Below are positions 49,201 through 58,828 of a DNA stretch of 59,405 bases, piece after piece. The position numbers and the translations under genes were made by a program. The notes under the pieces are model-generated. The model was given only the letters and a program-made list of their open reading frames with translations, was not told where the DNA came from and ran no database searches. The first letter of the stretch is position 1. Every line of letters begins with the position of its first letter. This DNA is from a virus. Lineage: Duplodnaviria > Caudoviricetes. The stretch is from IMG/VR virus record IMGVR_UViG_3300027881_000014, positions 1 to 59,405 of that record; one strand, written 5' to 3'.

Positions 49201-52200
49201 TCAGTCCCCAGAAATGTGCACCCATCTTTCTTTTATATATTGCTGATTTAGGATTAGAATTATAAGCTAATCTAGTAGTCTTATTGGGGAAATCTACCTC
49301 AGCATTTGTCATATTTAAGTGATGGACATGTAGTCTTAGCCATTTGCTATTACGTACATTAAAGTTTTCTTTAAATTCTACCCATCTACCCCCTGGTTTT
49401 ACCCTGGTTATCAGCTTACCTGTCTTAGTAATGTAAGGTATAACCACATCCTTAGCTCTCATATTCATAGTAGAAAGAGCTGTGTGTAATATTCTTTCAT
49501 TTATAATAGGAGCTGGATCATGTAAATAGTTAGAATCAAGTGCAATAAATGAATCTCCCATAATGGAAAACTTATTCCTTTGACCTTCTACAGCACCATT
49601 CATTAAGATACTATATGTCTGCCTCATCGTTTCGCTTTGGAAGACGCTATCTTCCGTAACAGGTATCTCTTCACCTGCAGCATCTTTAACTACCGTGCCA
49701 TGCTCTGCGAATAATTTCTTTGTTTCAGAAGCAACTCCCTTTGCATATACACTAGGTAGTTTGCTAGCTATATCAGTAAGAGCATTAAAATTATCTGGTG
49801 TCCAAAATCTAGGATCATAAGGGATGATAGATATATTATCTATATCAAAATCTTTTCCAACAAGGGTCTGTATCCATTCTGAATTGAATGTAGCCTTGCC
49901 ATTATCAGATACTTTTCTACCACCTGCTTTGCTCTCCTTTGACTTAACTATACCAGCTACCCTTACACCAATAACACCTAATGGTGAATCAGTAGGAGTA
50001 ACTACTGCCATTACCTTGTCACCTGGCTTAATGCCGTGACGTTCGGCAATGTCTTCTGTAATTAAAGTCCAACCTTTGTTAAGTCTACCAGTTTTAAAGT
50101 TAATAATACCATTAGTCTGACGTATTAACTCATGAGTAACTGGATCTACTTTATGTGTACCCCATACAACTTCATCTCTCCATGTAGTTACATCTTTATT
50201 GGCCCAGTTAATAGCTGAATGAGGTGCAATATCAGATATCTCTTTACGTTCTGACTCTATGTCCGCAAGAGCTAATACCTTTTCTTCGCCCTGCAATTGT
50301 GTATGAGCTCGTTGTTCTCTCCTTTGCAATTCTATTAAATGTTTAGCATCTTTTCTGCTCTGTGTAGTATGCGCAGCAGCAGCTACTTTCTTAGGTACAG
50401 GCATATTAATCAATATATTACCTAAGTTCCAACTACCTAGAATAGGATCTATATCTTTTTGCCAGTTAGCATAACCTATATTAGGATCAAGTACAGCTCT
50501 ATTACCTGCTGTCTTACCACCTAGCATTTGGCTAAGCTTATGTTGCATCCTATTACGTAATACTTCTGCTGTATGAGCATGTTGAAAGAAACCTGCATAT
50601 CTACGTAAGATAGTGGCCTCTGTTTCATTAGCCTTAGGCTCAATAACATCAATCCATATATTAGATACTGACTGCTCTTGAGGTGACTTAGGATTATATA
50701 CTACATCTTTAAGTAAAGTATACATAGCTGCAGGAGTAGTATTATCTGCAAACCATTGTTTAGTTTCTGATGCCATAGCATTAGAGAAGTCTGTCATAAT
50801 CTTACTAAGCTTAGGTCCACCTATATCCTTAATAAATTGATTATACAGCTCACTAAATGCTGTACCACCCATAAGCTGTTTAACACTACCACCCATGGGA
50901 TCTTTAAATTCTGACTCACTAATACGTGAGAATTGACTCATCTTTAATGGTATGATAGGATCAGCAGCTACAAAGTCTGGGTTACTCATAAGTTCAAGAG
51001 CACCCACAACCCTAACCTTAGGACCTTCTTTCATAGCTTCATCTGCTGTCATAACTGCTACATTATTTCTGATCATCATTTGACCTAATGCAGAGTCCTT
51101 ATGTACACCATGCATAGCATGCTTAATGAATAAAGGATCTTGACCAGCACGTGAACTATATAAGTTCTTGATAGTACCATCTTTAAGGACAGCATGAGCT
51201 AGGTTATAAGCCTTATCAAAATGTCCTATAATATAGAAAGAAGCACCATCTATAGTAGATGTATTAAGTTCATTCTTAAATGCTTCGCTTAATTTTATCT
51301 CTCTAGTTACACCATCTGGTGTCTTAAATGTAATAAGGTTATTATCAAAGCTATTTACAACCATAGCGTTAACAGCTATATCACCCTCAACAAATTCAAT
51401 ACCATTAACAGCAGCATCACCAAATGCTTGCTCAATATCTGCTTCATCTATAACAATACCAGTATCTTGAGCCATCCATTTAGTACCACGCTTTTGTATT
51501 TTATTCCAATCTTTAGCAGCTTGACTTTCATTAGAAAACCATATTTGTTCTAATAAAGCTCTTGAAGTAGCTGACATTTGCTGTGGTTCACCATAAGGAT
51601 TCTTCTCATCAGAAGTACCAAAATCTTCTTGGAACTCTTGAAAGGCTTCTTTTTCATAAACCTTTTGAAATTCTTGTAGTGCTGCTTTAATCTGTACTCT
51701 ATACTCACTATTAAATGTTAAGATTGGTACAGTGTTGGCACCAGCAAATGAACCTAGATACAACATACCTTCTTTAGATGCTCTAGTTATAGGGGCTGAC
51801 CATAAAACTTCTGATATATAGCCCGTAACAGGCCCAGCATGCTTAGGATCAACATTAAAGAATGTAGAATTTAACCTTTCTAAACTACTCCGATTGGTAA
51901 CTTTATCATCTTTCCAAGTTTCAAAACCTTCTATATAAGCAATCTTTAATGAGCCTTTAGGCATCTTTAATTGCTCTTCTAAGAGAGGAAGATAACCTTC
52001 TAATGCTGTCTTACGTCTAAATGTATTTCTCTTCTTACCATTACCATCTCGGTATACGCCCTCAACTTTGCGCAGCTCCAAACGATAATCCGTTTCCCCA
52101 CTATTAGGATCACGCTGATGGACACCCATAACAACATAACCAACTTTAGCCTCCTTCATCATCACATTAAGAAATGCTCTTTTTAAGAATACCTTTCTAA

Positions 52201-55200
52201 ACTGTGCGACAGTTTTATGTATACCACCTTTATAGTTAAAATACAAATGCTCTATCTTCTTATTAATGATATTACGATGAGCTTTATCTAACAGATCCAT
52301 ATCAGTTTGAAAATCGTCAAAACCTGTCTCGCCAGCATAGCGACCACGCATGATCTTTCTATACTCACCCTCAGGCATGCCATTTAATTCAGAAGCTATA
52401 GCAATAAAATTCTCTATGTTGCCATTCTCTGCCTTATTTTCATTTTCATTTGATATATCATCAGGATCTTGCATTTTATCTAATAGTTCATCCTGATCAC
52501 TATCTTCTGCATATTCTGTAGTCTCATAGCCAGAGGTTACATTCTTTTGTATCCGTAAGTTTTCTTTGGCTATCCTAGCACTCCACTCTTTATCTCTACC
52601 CTTATTAAAATCACTAATCTTTCTATTATGATCCTCTAAGATACTCTGTAGTTGTAGAGTAGCAGACTTCTTAATACCTAAGTTCTCAAGTGATTGTCTA
52701 ATAGCTCTCCAGATAGCTCTCCAACCTGTTATTGGCTTATGAATACCGCCTACATTAACCCTATCAGTAATAAACTTGATAGCCTGCGTATCTGATAAAA
52801 CTGCTGTAATAAATTCTTCTTCGCTAAGGAATGATTTCTTGATTAACTTAATGTTTTGGCTAATCCATTGCTGAAGTTCGGCTTTATCTCCTAGATAGCG
52901 TTGTGTAAATAATGTACCCTTGCCCTTAGAGTTGATAACACTACGTACAGTTTGCATGATAGATCTAATCTGACGATTAAATTCTTTAGCTGATACTGTA
53001 TCTGAATTCATATATCTACCAAGATAACTATGAAGCATCTCATGTACGGTAGTATCCCATACTGAGTGATTGTTCCATAGAGTAGCATTAGGATTAATGA
53101 ATATATTACCTGAAGCTTTTTCAGTAGCACCTGGATGTTCAGCTTCCATAGGCTTAATGCCTATCTTAACATCACCTACTTGTTCTAATAGATTATCTAC
53201 TACTTCTTGTGTAAGGGGATTTTGAAAACCTCTGCTAGTAAGATACTCTATCATATCTTTAACAGTATTCCCCTTAAAACCTGCAGTTACTTCATCATAT
53301 GTAGGCATGCCAAAGGTAGCATCTGGTATATTCGTAGTCTCAAAAGTAAAACCACCCGCAAGGTTAGCGTCTGCCACACCCTCTGTATGTGATTCTCCTC
53401 CTAAACCTGTAATTGCATCTGTTTCTGTTCTAGTATGGAAGTTACCACGATTATCTATAAATCCATCTTCTACCCTACCATCATCTAGGGTTATATCACT
53501 TGGAAAACCACCTGCATCAGTAATATCTTGTAACAGCTGTACATGTATTTGACCTGGCTTACCTTTCCAAACCTTACCATCAATCCGCTCGCCTACGGCT
53601 ACCATTTTCAGATTACTTCTCATACTCTGAACTGTGGTTTGTGCTAGCTTCATTGCTAAGCTTTTGGATTCCATTTGAAATTCGCCACCAGACATTGGAT
53701 CAAAGAATGATACGGCTAAGTTATCTCCAAATTGTGTAACACCTTTAAATTCAATACCTAATAATCCAGACATTGCCTGGGCCTTGTCAACTACACTTGC
53801 AGCTGTCGGTGCATCCTGTAACTCAAAGTCTTCATCTGTCACCCAACCAAAGTCATCAGCATCATCCGATTTGGTCTTGAAATTGCCATTCTCATCGAAG
53901 CCTTGGAATTGGCTACCATCAACGTCTTCCATTACTTCATTACCTAGCACAGTGCCTACCTGAGCGATGGCTAGACCTATATTTTCCTCAACGCCAAGTT
54001 GATAAGTCTTCTTGGCTTGAGCTTGTATCTTGTTTAATGATTGAGACTGCCCCTCTTTAGTAAACTTAGTTTTAGGAATCTCAATTTCTAAATTTGAATT
54101 TTGTAAATCTTGAGCTTGTGAGATAATCTTTTTAATTTCAGGATTACCCTGATGTCTATGAAATAAGTATCCATAGCTAGTCTCATCAAAGTCTAAAGCA
54201 ACAGCGAGGTTTAAGTCTTTCTTTAGTTGCGCATTATCACCAGCAATAGCTGCTATCTTTTGATCTAAACCAGTTGTAGCTATATACTTATCAATACCAT
54301 GTATAGCTCCTTCCATGATAGCATGTGATGTTTCTTGATCAGCCTTAAATAAATAACTGTCCACCTCATATGATATATGATTCTTGTCTTTAGTCTTATT
54401 ATCTTTAATGCTTTCCTTAGTATCTCTCTGAGATAAAGCAGACAATAACATTTGAGTTTCTCTCTTACCATGTTCAAAGACAAAGTCTAAAACATTAGCA
54501 CGAGGCAAACTATTAACAGACTCAAGAGTACCTGCTATAATATAGCTTTCTCTCTTATCTACTTCTTGTTTAGCTACTTCATCTGCTGAAGTTTCTACTA
54601 ATGGATTGCTTTTACCAGTTCCCTGGTCTAAAATTACTTTAGCTGTTTCGCCTTCTTGACTAACGTCTACGTCAGCTTTCTTTTCTAAACTCTCTTCAAC
54701 TTTTTCTTTGATTGGGTCAAGTTTTTCTCCACCCAAGAGTTGTTCTAACTCACGTGCAGCTGCTTTTCCATATTGCTTTTCATAATCTTCAAGAGGCTTC
54801 TTTGTCCAGATATTACCTACTTGAAATGTACTTCCTAATACGGTACCAACTGCTATTTCTACTACTAAGTTTCGATAGGCTTCTCTTGCTTGATCATCAT
54901 CACCGAAAGCTATCCATATAGCAGATCCATGACCACCTTCAACTATATCATTAAAAGCATCAGTAACCTGCTCTGTAGCAGTTTCTATGATAGCACCTGA
55001 GAATAAAGTTCTACCAGTATTCTTTAGTAATTCTTTAGCTATAAGTTTTCTATCTGCTTGTAATGATGCCAATCCTCTTTTAAGAGCTTCTATATTCTTG
55101 GGAATCTTAGAGTTCTTAATCATAGATTTCAATTGAGTAGATGTTAACCTAAGTGATTTCTTAGTTCCATCTTTACCTAATACGGTTACAGTTTTGCCAA

Positions 55201-56260
55201 GCCACTTCTTCAGAGGCACACTACCAAGTTTTAGCTGTGATAATAAACCTTCTGACATAAATTCCATATAGGCTTGAGCGCCCTTAATAGCTCCATTTTG
55301 TCCAAGAGATGCCATAAAATCCCAGCCATCAAAATCTTCATTATTCTTGACTGCATCTTGTGCTTCTCTTACAGTTTCATGTATTGCGCCTATGCCTGCG
55401 CCTGGTCCCAATACTTTAAACCCACGTAAGCCTTGCTTATTAGCATTAAGTAACCATGTTTTCCAAAATTGTCTGGAACCCATACTTAATCCCCTAGTAG
55501 TAAGTAAAGCACCAGCTCCACCTGTAGCAGCCACCTCACCTAATAACAATATAGAGTTTGTTAAACCTGCAGCAACATCTCTAATTATAGGAACATCTTT
55601 ATCTCTCTGAGATACCCAATCTTGATATCTAGCCCAATCTTCTACTGAATATGTGCCATCTTTAATGCCCTCTAACATGCCCAATGTTTCCATACGATCT
55701 AATTTAGATTCAGTAGTGGAGCCTGGGGCACCTGTTACTAGTTCTATATTCTGAGATATACCACTTGATACACCTAATTGTACTTCTCTAGCTGTAGACT
55801 TCTCTGGATCTTGTTTAAAATCTTGTTCTTTTAGACGCTTAAATTTAGCTGCAGCTAATCTTTTCTGAGTTTCAATATTATCTTCTTCAGAATTAAGCTG
55901 TTGACGTAAGAGAAATTCTCCAAAGTCTCCCCTCATAATAGCATCTACATCACCTACTCTATCACCTACCCAATCTAATGCATCTGCACCAGCTTCTACT
56001 ACATCTTTTCCGGCATCATATACATGATCGTACCAAGTTTTACTTCCTGGTTGGAAGTTAACTAAAACTTTAGTCTTAAAACCACGATTTTCTTCGCGTG
56101 TATCTGCCTCATAGCCTAAAGCTTGAGACAATCCTTCAAAATCTACTGACAACCTTGGTGTCACGGGTTGATAGGTTCTGCCACGTTCCTTAAGAGCTCC
56201 TGCTAAGCTCTCCCAGTCAACTACTTGGCCACTACCAACACTTTTCTTTTCTTCTGGCAT
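43211..56260 (-). CDS. Giant virion-associated protein containing a crAss-type two-barrel RNA polymerase and a zincin-like protease motif
   Basis: 4349 aa. GKDFDIDN (aa ~2137-2141, nt 49838-49852) is the DxDxD catalytic motif form of crAss-like virion RNAPs. Upstream TIDGASF, TIKNLY, LFIKHAM are candidate beta-like motifs. VHEMLH at aa ~1073. Lies after the ejection-protein genes. Confidence 0.75.
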   Translation of the reverse strand: MPEEKKSVGSGQVVDWESLAGALKERGRTYQPVTPRLSVDFEGLSQALGYEADTREENRGFKTKVLVNFQPGSKTWYDHVYDAGKDVVEAGADALDWVGDRVGDVDAIMRGDFGEFLLRQQLNSEEDNIETQKRLAAAKFKRLKEQDFKQDPEKSTAREVQLGVSSGISQNIELVTGAPGSTTESKLDRMETLGMLEGIKDGTYSVEDWARYQDWVSQRDKDVPIIRDVAAGLTNSILLLGEVAATGGAGALLTTRGLSMGSRQFWKTWLLNANKQGLRGFKVLGPGAGIGAIHETVREAQDAVKNNEDFDGWDFMASLGQNGAIKGAQAYMEFMSEGLLSQLKLGSVPLKKWLGKTVTVLGKDGTKKSLRLTSTQLKSMIKNSKIPKNIEALKRGLASLQADRKLIAKELLKNTGRTLFSGAIIETATEQVTDAFNDIVEGGHGSAIWIAFGDDDQAREAYRNLVVEIAVGTVLGSTFQVGNIWTKKPLEDYEKQYGKAAARELEQLLGGEKLDPIKEKVEESLEKKADVDVSQEGETAKVILDQGTGKSNPLVETSADEVAKQEVDKRESYIIAGTLESVNSLPRANVLDFVFEHGKRETQMLLSALSQRDTKESIKDNKTKDKNHISYEVDSYLFKADQETSHAIMEGAIHGIDKYIATTGLDQKIAAIAGDNAQLKKDLNLAVALDFDETSYGYLFHRHQGNPEIKKIISQAQDLQNSNLEIEIPKTKFTKEGQSQSLNKIQAQAKKTYQLGVEENIGLAIAQVGTVLGNEVMEDVDGSQFQGFDENGNFKTKSDDADDFGWVTDEDFELQDAPTAASVVDKAQAMSGLLGIEFKGVTQFGDNLAVSFFDPMSGGEFQMESKSLAMKLAQTTVQSMRSNLKMVAVGERIDGKVWKGKPGQIHVQLLQDITDAGGFPSDITLDDGRVEDGFIDNRGNFHTRTETDAITGLGGESHTEGVADANLAGGFTFETTNIPDATFGMPTYDEVTAGFKGNTVKDMIEYLTSRGFQNPLTQEVVDNLLEQVGDVKIGIKPMEAEHPGATEKASGNIFINPNATLWNNHSVWDTTVHEMLHSYLGRYMNSDTVSAKEFNRQIRSIMQTVRSVINSKGKGTLFTQRYLGDKAELQQWISQNIKLIKKSFLSEEEFITAVLSDTQAIKFITDRVNVGGIHKPITGWRAIWRAIRQSLENLGIKKSATLQLQSILEDHNRKISDFNKGRDKEWSARIAKENLRIQKNVTSGYETTEYAEDSDQDELLDKMQDPDDISNENENKAENGNIENFIAIASELNGMPEGEYRKIMRGRYAGETGFDDFQTDMDLLDKAHRNIINKKIEHLYFNYKGGIHKTVAQFRKVFLKRAFLNVMMKEAKVGYVVMGVHQRDPNSGETDYRLELRKVEGVYRDGNGKKRNTFRRKTALEGYLPLLEEQLKMPKGSLKIAYIEGFETWKDDKVTNRSSLERLNSTFFNVDPKHAGPVTGYISEVLWSAPITRASKEGMLYLGSFAGANTVPILTFNSEYRVQIKAALQEFQKVYEKEAFQEFQEDFGTSDEKNPYGEPQQMSATSRALLEQIWFSNESQAAKDWNKIQKRGTKWMAQDTGIVIDEADIEQAFGDAAVNGIEFVEGDIAVNAMVVNSFDNNLITFKTPDGVTREIKLSEAFKNELNTSTIDGASFYIIGHFDKAYNLAHAVLKDGTIKNLYSSRAGQDPLFIKHAMHGVHKDSALGQMMIRNNVAVMTADEAMKEGPKVRVVGALELMSNPDFVAADPIIPLKMSQFSRISESEFKDPMGGSVKQLMGGTAFSELYNQFIKDIGGPKLSKIMTDFSNAMASETKQWFADNTTPAAMYTLLKDVVYNPKSPQEQSVSNIWIDVIEPKANETEATILRRYAGFFQHAHTAEVLRNRMQHKLSQMLGGKTAGNRAVLDPNIGYANWQKDIDPILGSWNLGNILINMPVPKKVAAAAHTTQSRKDAKHLIELQRREQRAHTQLQGEEKVLALADIESERKEISDIAPHSAINWANKDVTTWRDEVVWGTHKVDPVTHELIRQTNGIINFKTGRLNKGWTLITEDIAERHGIKPGDKVMAVVTPTDSPLGVIGVRVAGIVKSKESKAGGRKVSDNGKATFNSEWIQTLVGKDFDIDNISIIPYDPRFWTPDNFNALTDIASKLPSVYAKGVASETKKLFAEHGTVVKDAAGEEIPVTEDSVFQSETMRQTYSILMNGAVEGQRNKFSIMGDSFIALDSNYLHDPAPIINERILHTALSTMNMRAKDVVIPYITKTGKLITRVKPGGRWVEFKENFNVRNSKWLRLHVHHLNMTNAEVDFPNKTTRLAYNSNPKSAIYKRKMGAHFWGLNDSVAIQAMDKTQGKFTNTDNMYTTLKGFQNLLFAEAFNLARQRNPETFEKLDYYETLQQLRKAQHKLDVLARNDKQGLLSLVDQYINDGKTQLERKYFKNTKDYKAGLLVLKQRYAFLQSFVSKMEVDDVYAYPLFNMIRNVNAAEMLRDMPGNTYKDHLINQVLASTGALPYYPAVKSMWDDVTSHKPSQGANVFKIGKRIAYKPAQRILSLMRTSSKNPVEDVRAMLKNTAHFEKLRAKLSAASQQDLKDAIIDFKEVDARVGNAFTPFQRDGRQIHVDSDAISLSLMPRSADFFEGRLQEGNDKTKAYWHNQLRSVRAEANSILHAFDETFEQEDAKGVSEQLRITREAHAKTYPILWKDILNQNFLFLQDNVAPIALVFRGKRIGVKSDGAGKLVFLLNKKKYTHTEINKSTSEGADLLRRLLTEENGLWEGVENKSEGTFNRVQMSSLLKLPRNLNMDTRQRILEAYLAENLYGTRKFTTDDQVAFWLGLLAQTSDQGMLERKATGFIVNQSAYDPAKPFRYQSNHIALSLMAQFEPQLMNLWMQLYSHVNAQRSPQDQQKTNQVLQDGVDANVDMIYEDAHVESPEHTFKHFFMDYVNEHAKVAKDPSFRKFYKSMIGKDWQHGREQLKKLLQNTLTIKALSENGVFYKDLVKDVTQLSDAEFQKKYKDVDTTHIAIAVDKYEGSNIIETFLRQNIGEDPSNKLLKGTIIEMYYLFTAVRKREGARNKNLTFMRRIGSNIIGYDLVTELSEKLTRVFSPKDDVISFVWNEQGVTDQTGEDVRISRLTHAIRSFITMGESSITKNKSQAMHRALSTHQVTLTNQVKRYDTITQILSHNQFRRKWASEYASVASEKTHIEHTARTRLISNLVNQVTDKDDMLLEARRKQIFTLAEDLSSKQRVTVRPNAEGVTQYVVTLGQEHVYDNVSDLIDNHFSKLSPVQKLGLIGAIDIREMYDVQVPMILRQALEYLERTREELEGAQHLDSALRVDAMIRKYRAMLQAVEVFKGNYMPHQFPIARYKAMWMKGYLRHAVKDLERQIAFAQKYNTGNPLARLDLTKDRDEIRKLAHTGALQQWDIVSAGWNSGSIIPNFIPRKMPDATHYTKTDPNIHLNYNTKLIDGLTKDGLLADWLLYQGNARLAGERNNVIELTRNWYANQIGDKELKSKVMSWGDVKPGQQVHFTKETSILQPNNTLTSWGTAQHSGIVKKITKDEVHFVVDAAKVGWEARQDIARYNQTITGLLATGREQNKATQRERNVIQNLLNRGFLTKEDFKGVNLARLTSVKAAEAIVKASKRIAKDPSLMGRHKRKDLYASDPAGRPVHNAMMAYTGTGVVERLEATRDRLRNIQLMGAEYESIMPTSYYRLAQGAAGITSGAIGMMKKSTGLLFMGMGAAIKARVVNQVGAFINNLVDAPRYNKAQWKLGNDIWARMSHGDLDAMLPEDQHLYKTLTGLGLTGDNILAIALEAANIRPEDMIVKFSSKEGIRYLFNLYKDATKYETTRKKLDELEHKFNLATNEVTRMNIQVEVNALKLKWEGVTFDQLKDTKINLSDNDQRNLWAKINELAKSGVKPTMNVAQEQGITPQQVMKLAGSVAWKKFFTGNVGLGFQAKAEKLRIPAFFIGYNTAIDAGYTPEEAIQFGVNSVELRHAFYGTANKQFGANTKMGSITHQYAQYQYNSMAKAIKIMKDAIPQMLRVAHNRPEEVAKIKQIRTMMNHINKFADAKGNTIGPGGPMKEVLLLHGILNKVLLTGIMMNVGTRIFYGFTNMQDPMGQVAYGALDFLFDVMENGFDFDDEDDRDNAIWLLQDLMLPMGMLWKLGWQSIATVPTKGLDDTFLKGRVDDTPDFLWRVYNQLWDAANQLGAIESAPDKRSKEFLDVPWLVDDFTTGIKIMGWTSADNRAAQYQKRKLYWGVDLDVFPHPYVRVESRRTKSFAHGRKVDTDNKGFTGFGTNDTKSRLVWLADPFTYVPFLDRLFKGKNLWQTIFK

Positions 56261-57720
56261 TATCTATTTTTAATAAATGGATATAAAAATTTAATTAAGT
56301 TCTCTTGTGTTCCAAAATCTAAATTTTTGAAATCTTCATATTGTAATCCTAGTGAATGTTCAGGCTGAGGTATTAGTTTACCTAACTCTTCCTGTATCAT
56401 CCCTCGTTGAGTTGCTGTCATATTACTATTGGGATCAAACACATTCCTAATCAATTCAGAACTTGCATTCCATTCTTTAATATTAGTAATAGTACCATAT
56501 GGTCCTGCTGGTATCTGATTTAATATGTTAGATTTAACATTAGCAAAATTACTTGCCGCTACCTTCAGTTCACCAATGGCTAGTTCTTGTGCTTGATTTA
56601 ACAATGGCTCACCCTTAACAGTTTGTCCTGGTTCACCTAATTCTGATCTTACATTTGCTAATTGAGTTTCAAATTGACCAGCACTAATAAGATTTTCAAG
56701 TCCTTGTGTAAATTCAAATCTTAATTGACCTTTCTCATCTGTAATTTCTTCTGAAGTTAACCCAGTAAGTGAGGCTATTAATTCTGCTCCACCTTCGCTA
56801 CGAAGTAATACTTGGGCTTGCTTATGAACATCAGATCCTAAGGTTTTTCTTAAATCAGCTAATTGCTTGAGACTATCGCCCGTGCTTCCACCAATACCCT
56901 TACGTCTATGCGGGGTACCATGGTACATGACAGGCTCTCCTCTGTCGTTAATAGTGTAAGGGCCACCCATACCACCCTTAAGCGTATATATAGGTTCACC
57001 ACTTGCTCCTTCTAATCCTTCTGAAAATTTAAATCCCTCGATAGGATCTAATCCGAATTGAGCTGTACTAGCAAATTCATTTTCAAATCCTAATAGATCT
57101 TTCTTCCTGGCTAAATCACGATCAGCTGCTTCTTGGTCTAAACCAAACTGAAATAGAGCTGTTCTCTTACCAAATTCAAATTGTGAGTCTAAACCTAAAG
57201 CATTAATTTGTAACTCATGTATTTGATTACCTTGATTATCAAACCTTAAAGCAAATGTTTTACCAGTTTTATCAACAACCTCTTCTCTTGTTTCCAGTTG
57301 TCTTTTTGTTTGAGCCACACTAATAGCATCCCTACCACTTAATCCTGGAGTAGTTATACCAAATTGTTCAGCAGCAAATCTTGATAAAGCTTCATCTTGG
57401 CCTTCTTGCCTTCTTAACTCTCTTGTATTCAGAGTATTCTGAAATAAACTAGAGATAAGGGGCATGTTTTCACCTAAGGCTCCTAAGCTAGCTGCCTCTG
57501 ATATGGACTCAAAGTTCCTTTTTTGTATAGCCTCAATAGAGGGGTTAGGTCCTAAAGCCTGGAAACCTTCTGCTATACTTTGAGCAGCTAAATTGATCTG
57601 CTCTTCTTGTTGTTCAGCATCTAACCTATCATTCTCAGTCATGAGATATGAAGTTAAACCTTGTAAAGCTTGAGCTACCTTACCTGTTGAACTACGTTGT
57701 ACGTTTAATTGTCTTGCCAT
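56260..57720 (-). CDS. Putative internal virion (ejection) protein
   Basis: Gln/Ala-rich helical N-terminus; position between the pilot-like gene and the giant protein. Confidence 0.55.
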   Translation of the reverse strand: MARQLNVQRSSTGKVAQALQGLTSYLMTENDRLDAEQQEEQINLAAQSIAEGFQALGPNPSIEAIQKRNFESISEAASLGALGENMPLISSLFQNTLNTRELRRQEGQDEALSRFAAEQFGITTPGLSGRDAISVAQTKRQLETREEVVDKTGKTFALRFDNQGNQIHELQINALGLDSQFEFGKRTALFQFGLDQEAADRDLARKKDLLGFENEFASTAQFGLDPIEGFKFSEGLEGASGEPIYTLKGGMGGPYTINDRGEPVMYHGTPHRRKGIGGSTGDSLKQLADLRKTLGSDVHKQAQVLLRSEGGAELIASLTGLTSEEITDEKGQLRFEFTQGLENLISAGQFETQLANVRSELGEPGQTVKGEPLLNQAQELAIGELKVAASNFANVKSNILNQIPAGPYGTITNIKEWNASSELIRNVFDPNSNMTATQRGMIQEELGKLIPQPEHSLGLQYEDFKNLDFGTQENLIKFLYPFIKNR

Positions 57721-58412
57721 TACGGAAACCTTACATTAGGTAGAAAATCTAAATTACTAAAATCACTTCCAGTTCCACCTGCATTAGAAAATCTTTGTCC
57801 CTGTTGCCTTAAGAATGGGTTAAAATTACCAGCATTTTCAATGGGTACTAAACCTCCAGCACCAGATCTATTAGGTCCTGCTGTACCAGTACCTGCGCCT
57901 GCTCCACCTGGGGGAGTATCAGGTAGGCCTCCTACTGGGCGATCACCTAAGAACTTAGCTCCTTCATTTACCAATGGCAATGCAGCAGCAGCACCCTCTA
58001 CAAAAGATCCAACTGGATCAGCACCAGTGCCTAGTCCTTGTAATTCTATACCAGCTATTTGGCTACGTATTTGAGTATTAATTGTTTGGGCTTGACCTAT
58101 TGCATTTTCTTGTGCACTAAGCCTAGCACCTTCGACATTACCAGCTACAGCTGCACCCACAGTGCCTCTGTTAGCTAATCCTCTGCTTCTAATAGCAGTA
58201 GTATTTAGCGTAGATGTTAAGCGCTGGTTAAATGATCTGTCAATAGAATTAAGTCTATCTGCTAAATCATCTTGACTAATAAGTCCCTGTGCTGCTAATG
58301 CTTTAGCTCTTTTAATAGCTTCTTGCACTGCATCAGATTGAGCCTTATTAGAAAATATACTGGCGATGCCTGATCCAATAGCAATTCCTCCTGCTATGAG
58401 TGGTAGTGGCAT
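57720..58412 (-). CDS. Putative DNA pilot/ejection protein
   Basis: MPLPLIAGGIAIGSGIASIF N-terminus; Gly/Ala-rich; SRGL..G motif. Confidence 0.6.
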   Translation of the reverse strand: MPLPLIAGGIAIGSGIASIFSNKAQSDAVQEAIKRAKALAAQGLISQDDLADRLNSIDRSFNQRLTSTLNTTAIRSRGLANRGTVGAAVAGNVEGARLSAQENAIGQAQTINTQIRSQIAGIELQGLGTGADPVGSFVEGAAAALPLVNEGAKFLGDRPVGGLPDTPPGGAGAGTGTAGPNRSGAGGLVPIENAGNFNPFLRQQGQRFSNAGGTGSDFSNLDFLPNVRFP

Positions 58413-58828
58413 TAATTATATCTCCTTCTTTTTAAAAGACTAAAATCAACTTCTAGTCTGTAAATCTTTGTTGTCTTTGCTGTAGCGGTAGCTACAATCT
58501 GTATTTTAGTATGAGCTTTGCGCTTTACTAATGGAAAATCTATATCTACTGTAGTCCTTATGGCTGATGTAGGGAAAGACATAGTATGTATGAATGTACC
58601 ATCATAATAAAATGATAAATCAAATGCTCCTATGTAGTCTGCATCAGCAAAATTAATAAGTTTTTCTAATGTTGGTTGTCCTAAATCTGAATCATTAAAA
58701 GTTACAGCCGCGCCTATAAGCTCGGTATCTGTAGCATCATATGTCCATACCTTTGTATCTTCTAAATAAGCTATTTCACCATTCAGATCAATTAGTACAT
58801 CATTAGCTGTTGATAATATTGTTGCCAT
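58412..58828 (-). CDS. Putative tail-associated structural protein
   Basis: 138-aa beta protein coupled to the nozzle 3' end (DSDLGQPTLEK...). Confidence 0.45.
   Translation of the reverse strand: MATILSTANDVLIDLNGEIAYLEDTKVWTYDATDTELIGAAVTFNDSDLGQPTLEKLINFADADYIGAFDLSFYYDGTFIHTMSFPTSAIRTTVDIDFPLVKRKAHTKIQIVATATAKTTKIYRLEVDFSLLKRRRYN

Noticed and set aside
44024-55610. Short ORFs inside the giant gene, and similar nested ORFs in portal, MCP, TerL and helicase
   Set aside because: Antisense or off-frame shadows with no recognisable motifs.
43211-56260. Stop-codon reassignment as seen in some crAss-like phages
   Set aside because: Genes, including the 13-kb ORF, are intact and tightly packed under the standard code; no fragmentation at TAG or TGA.
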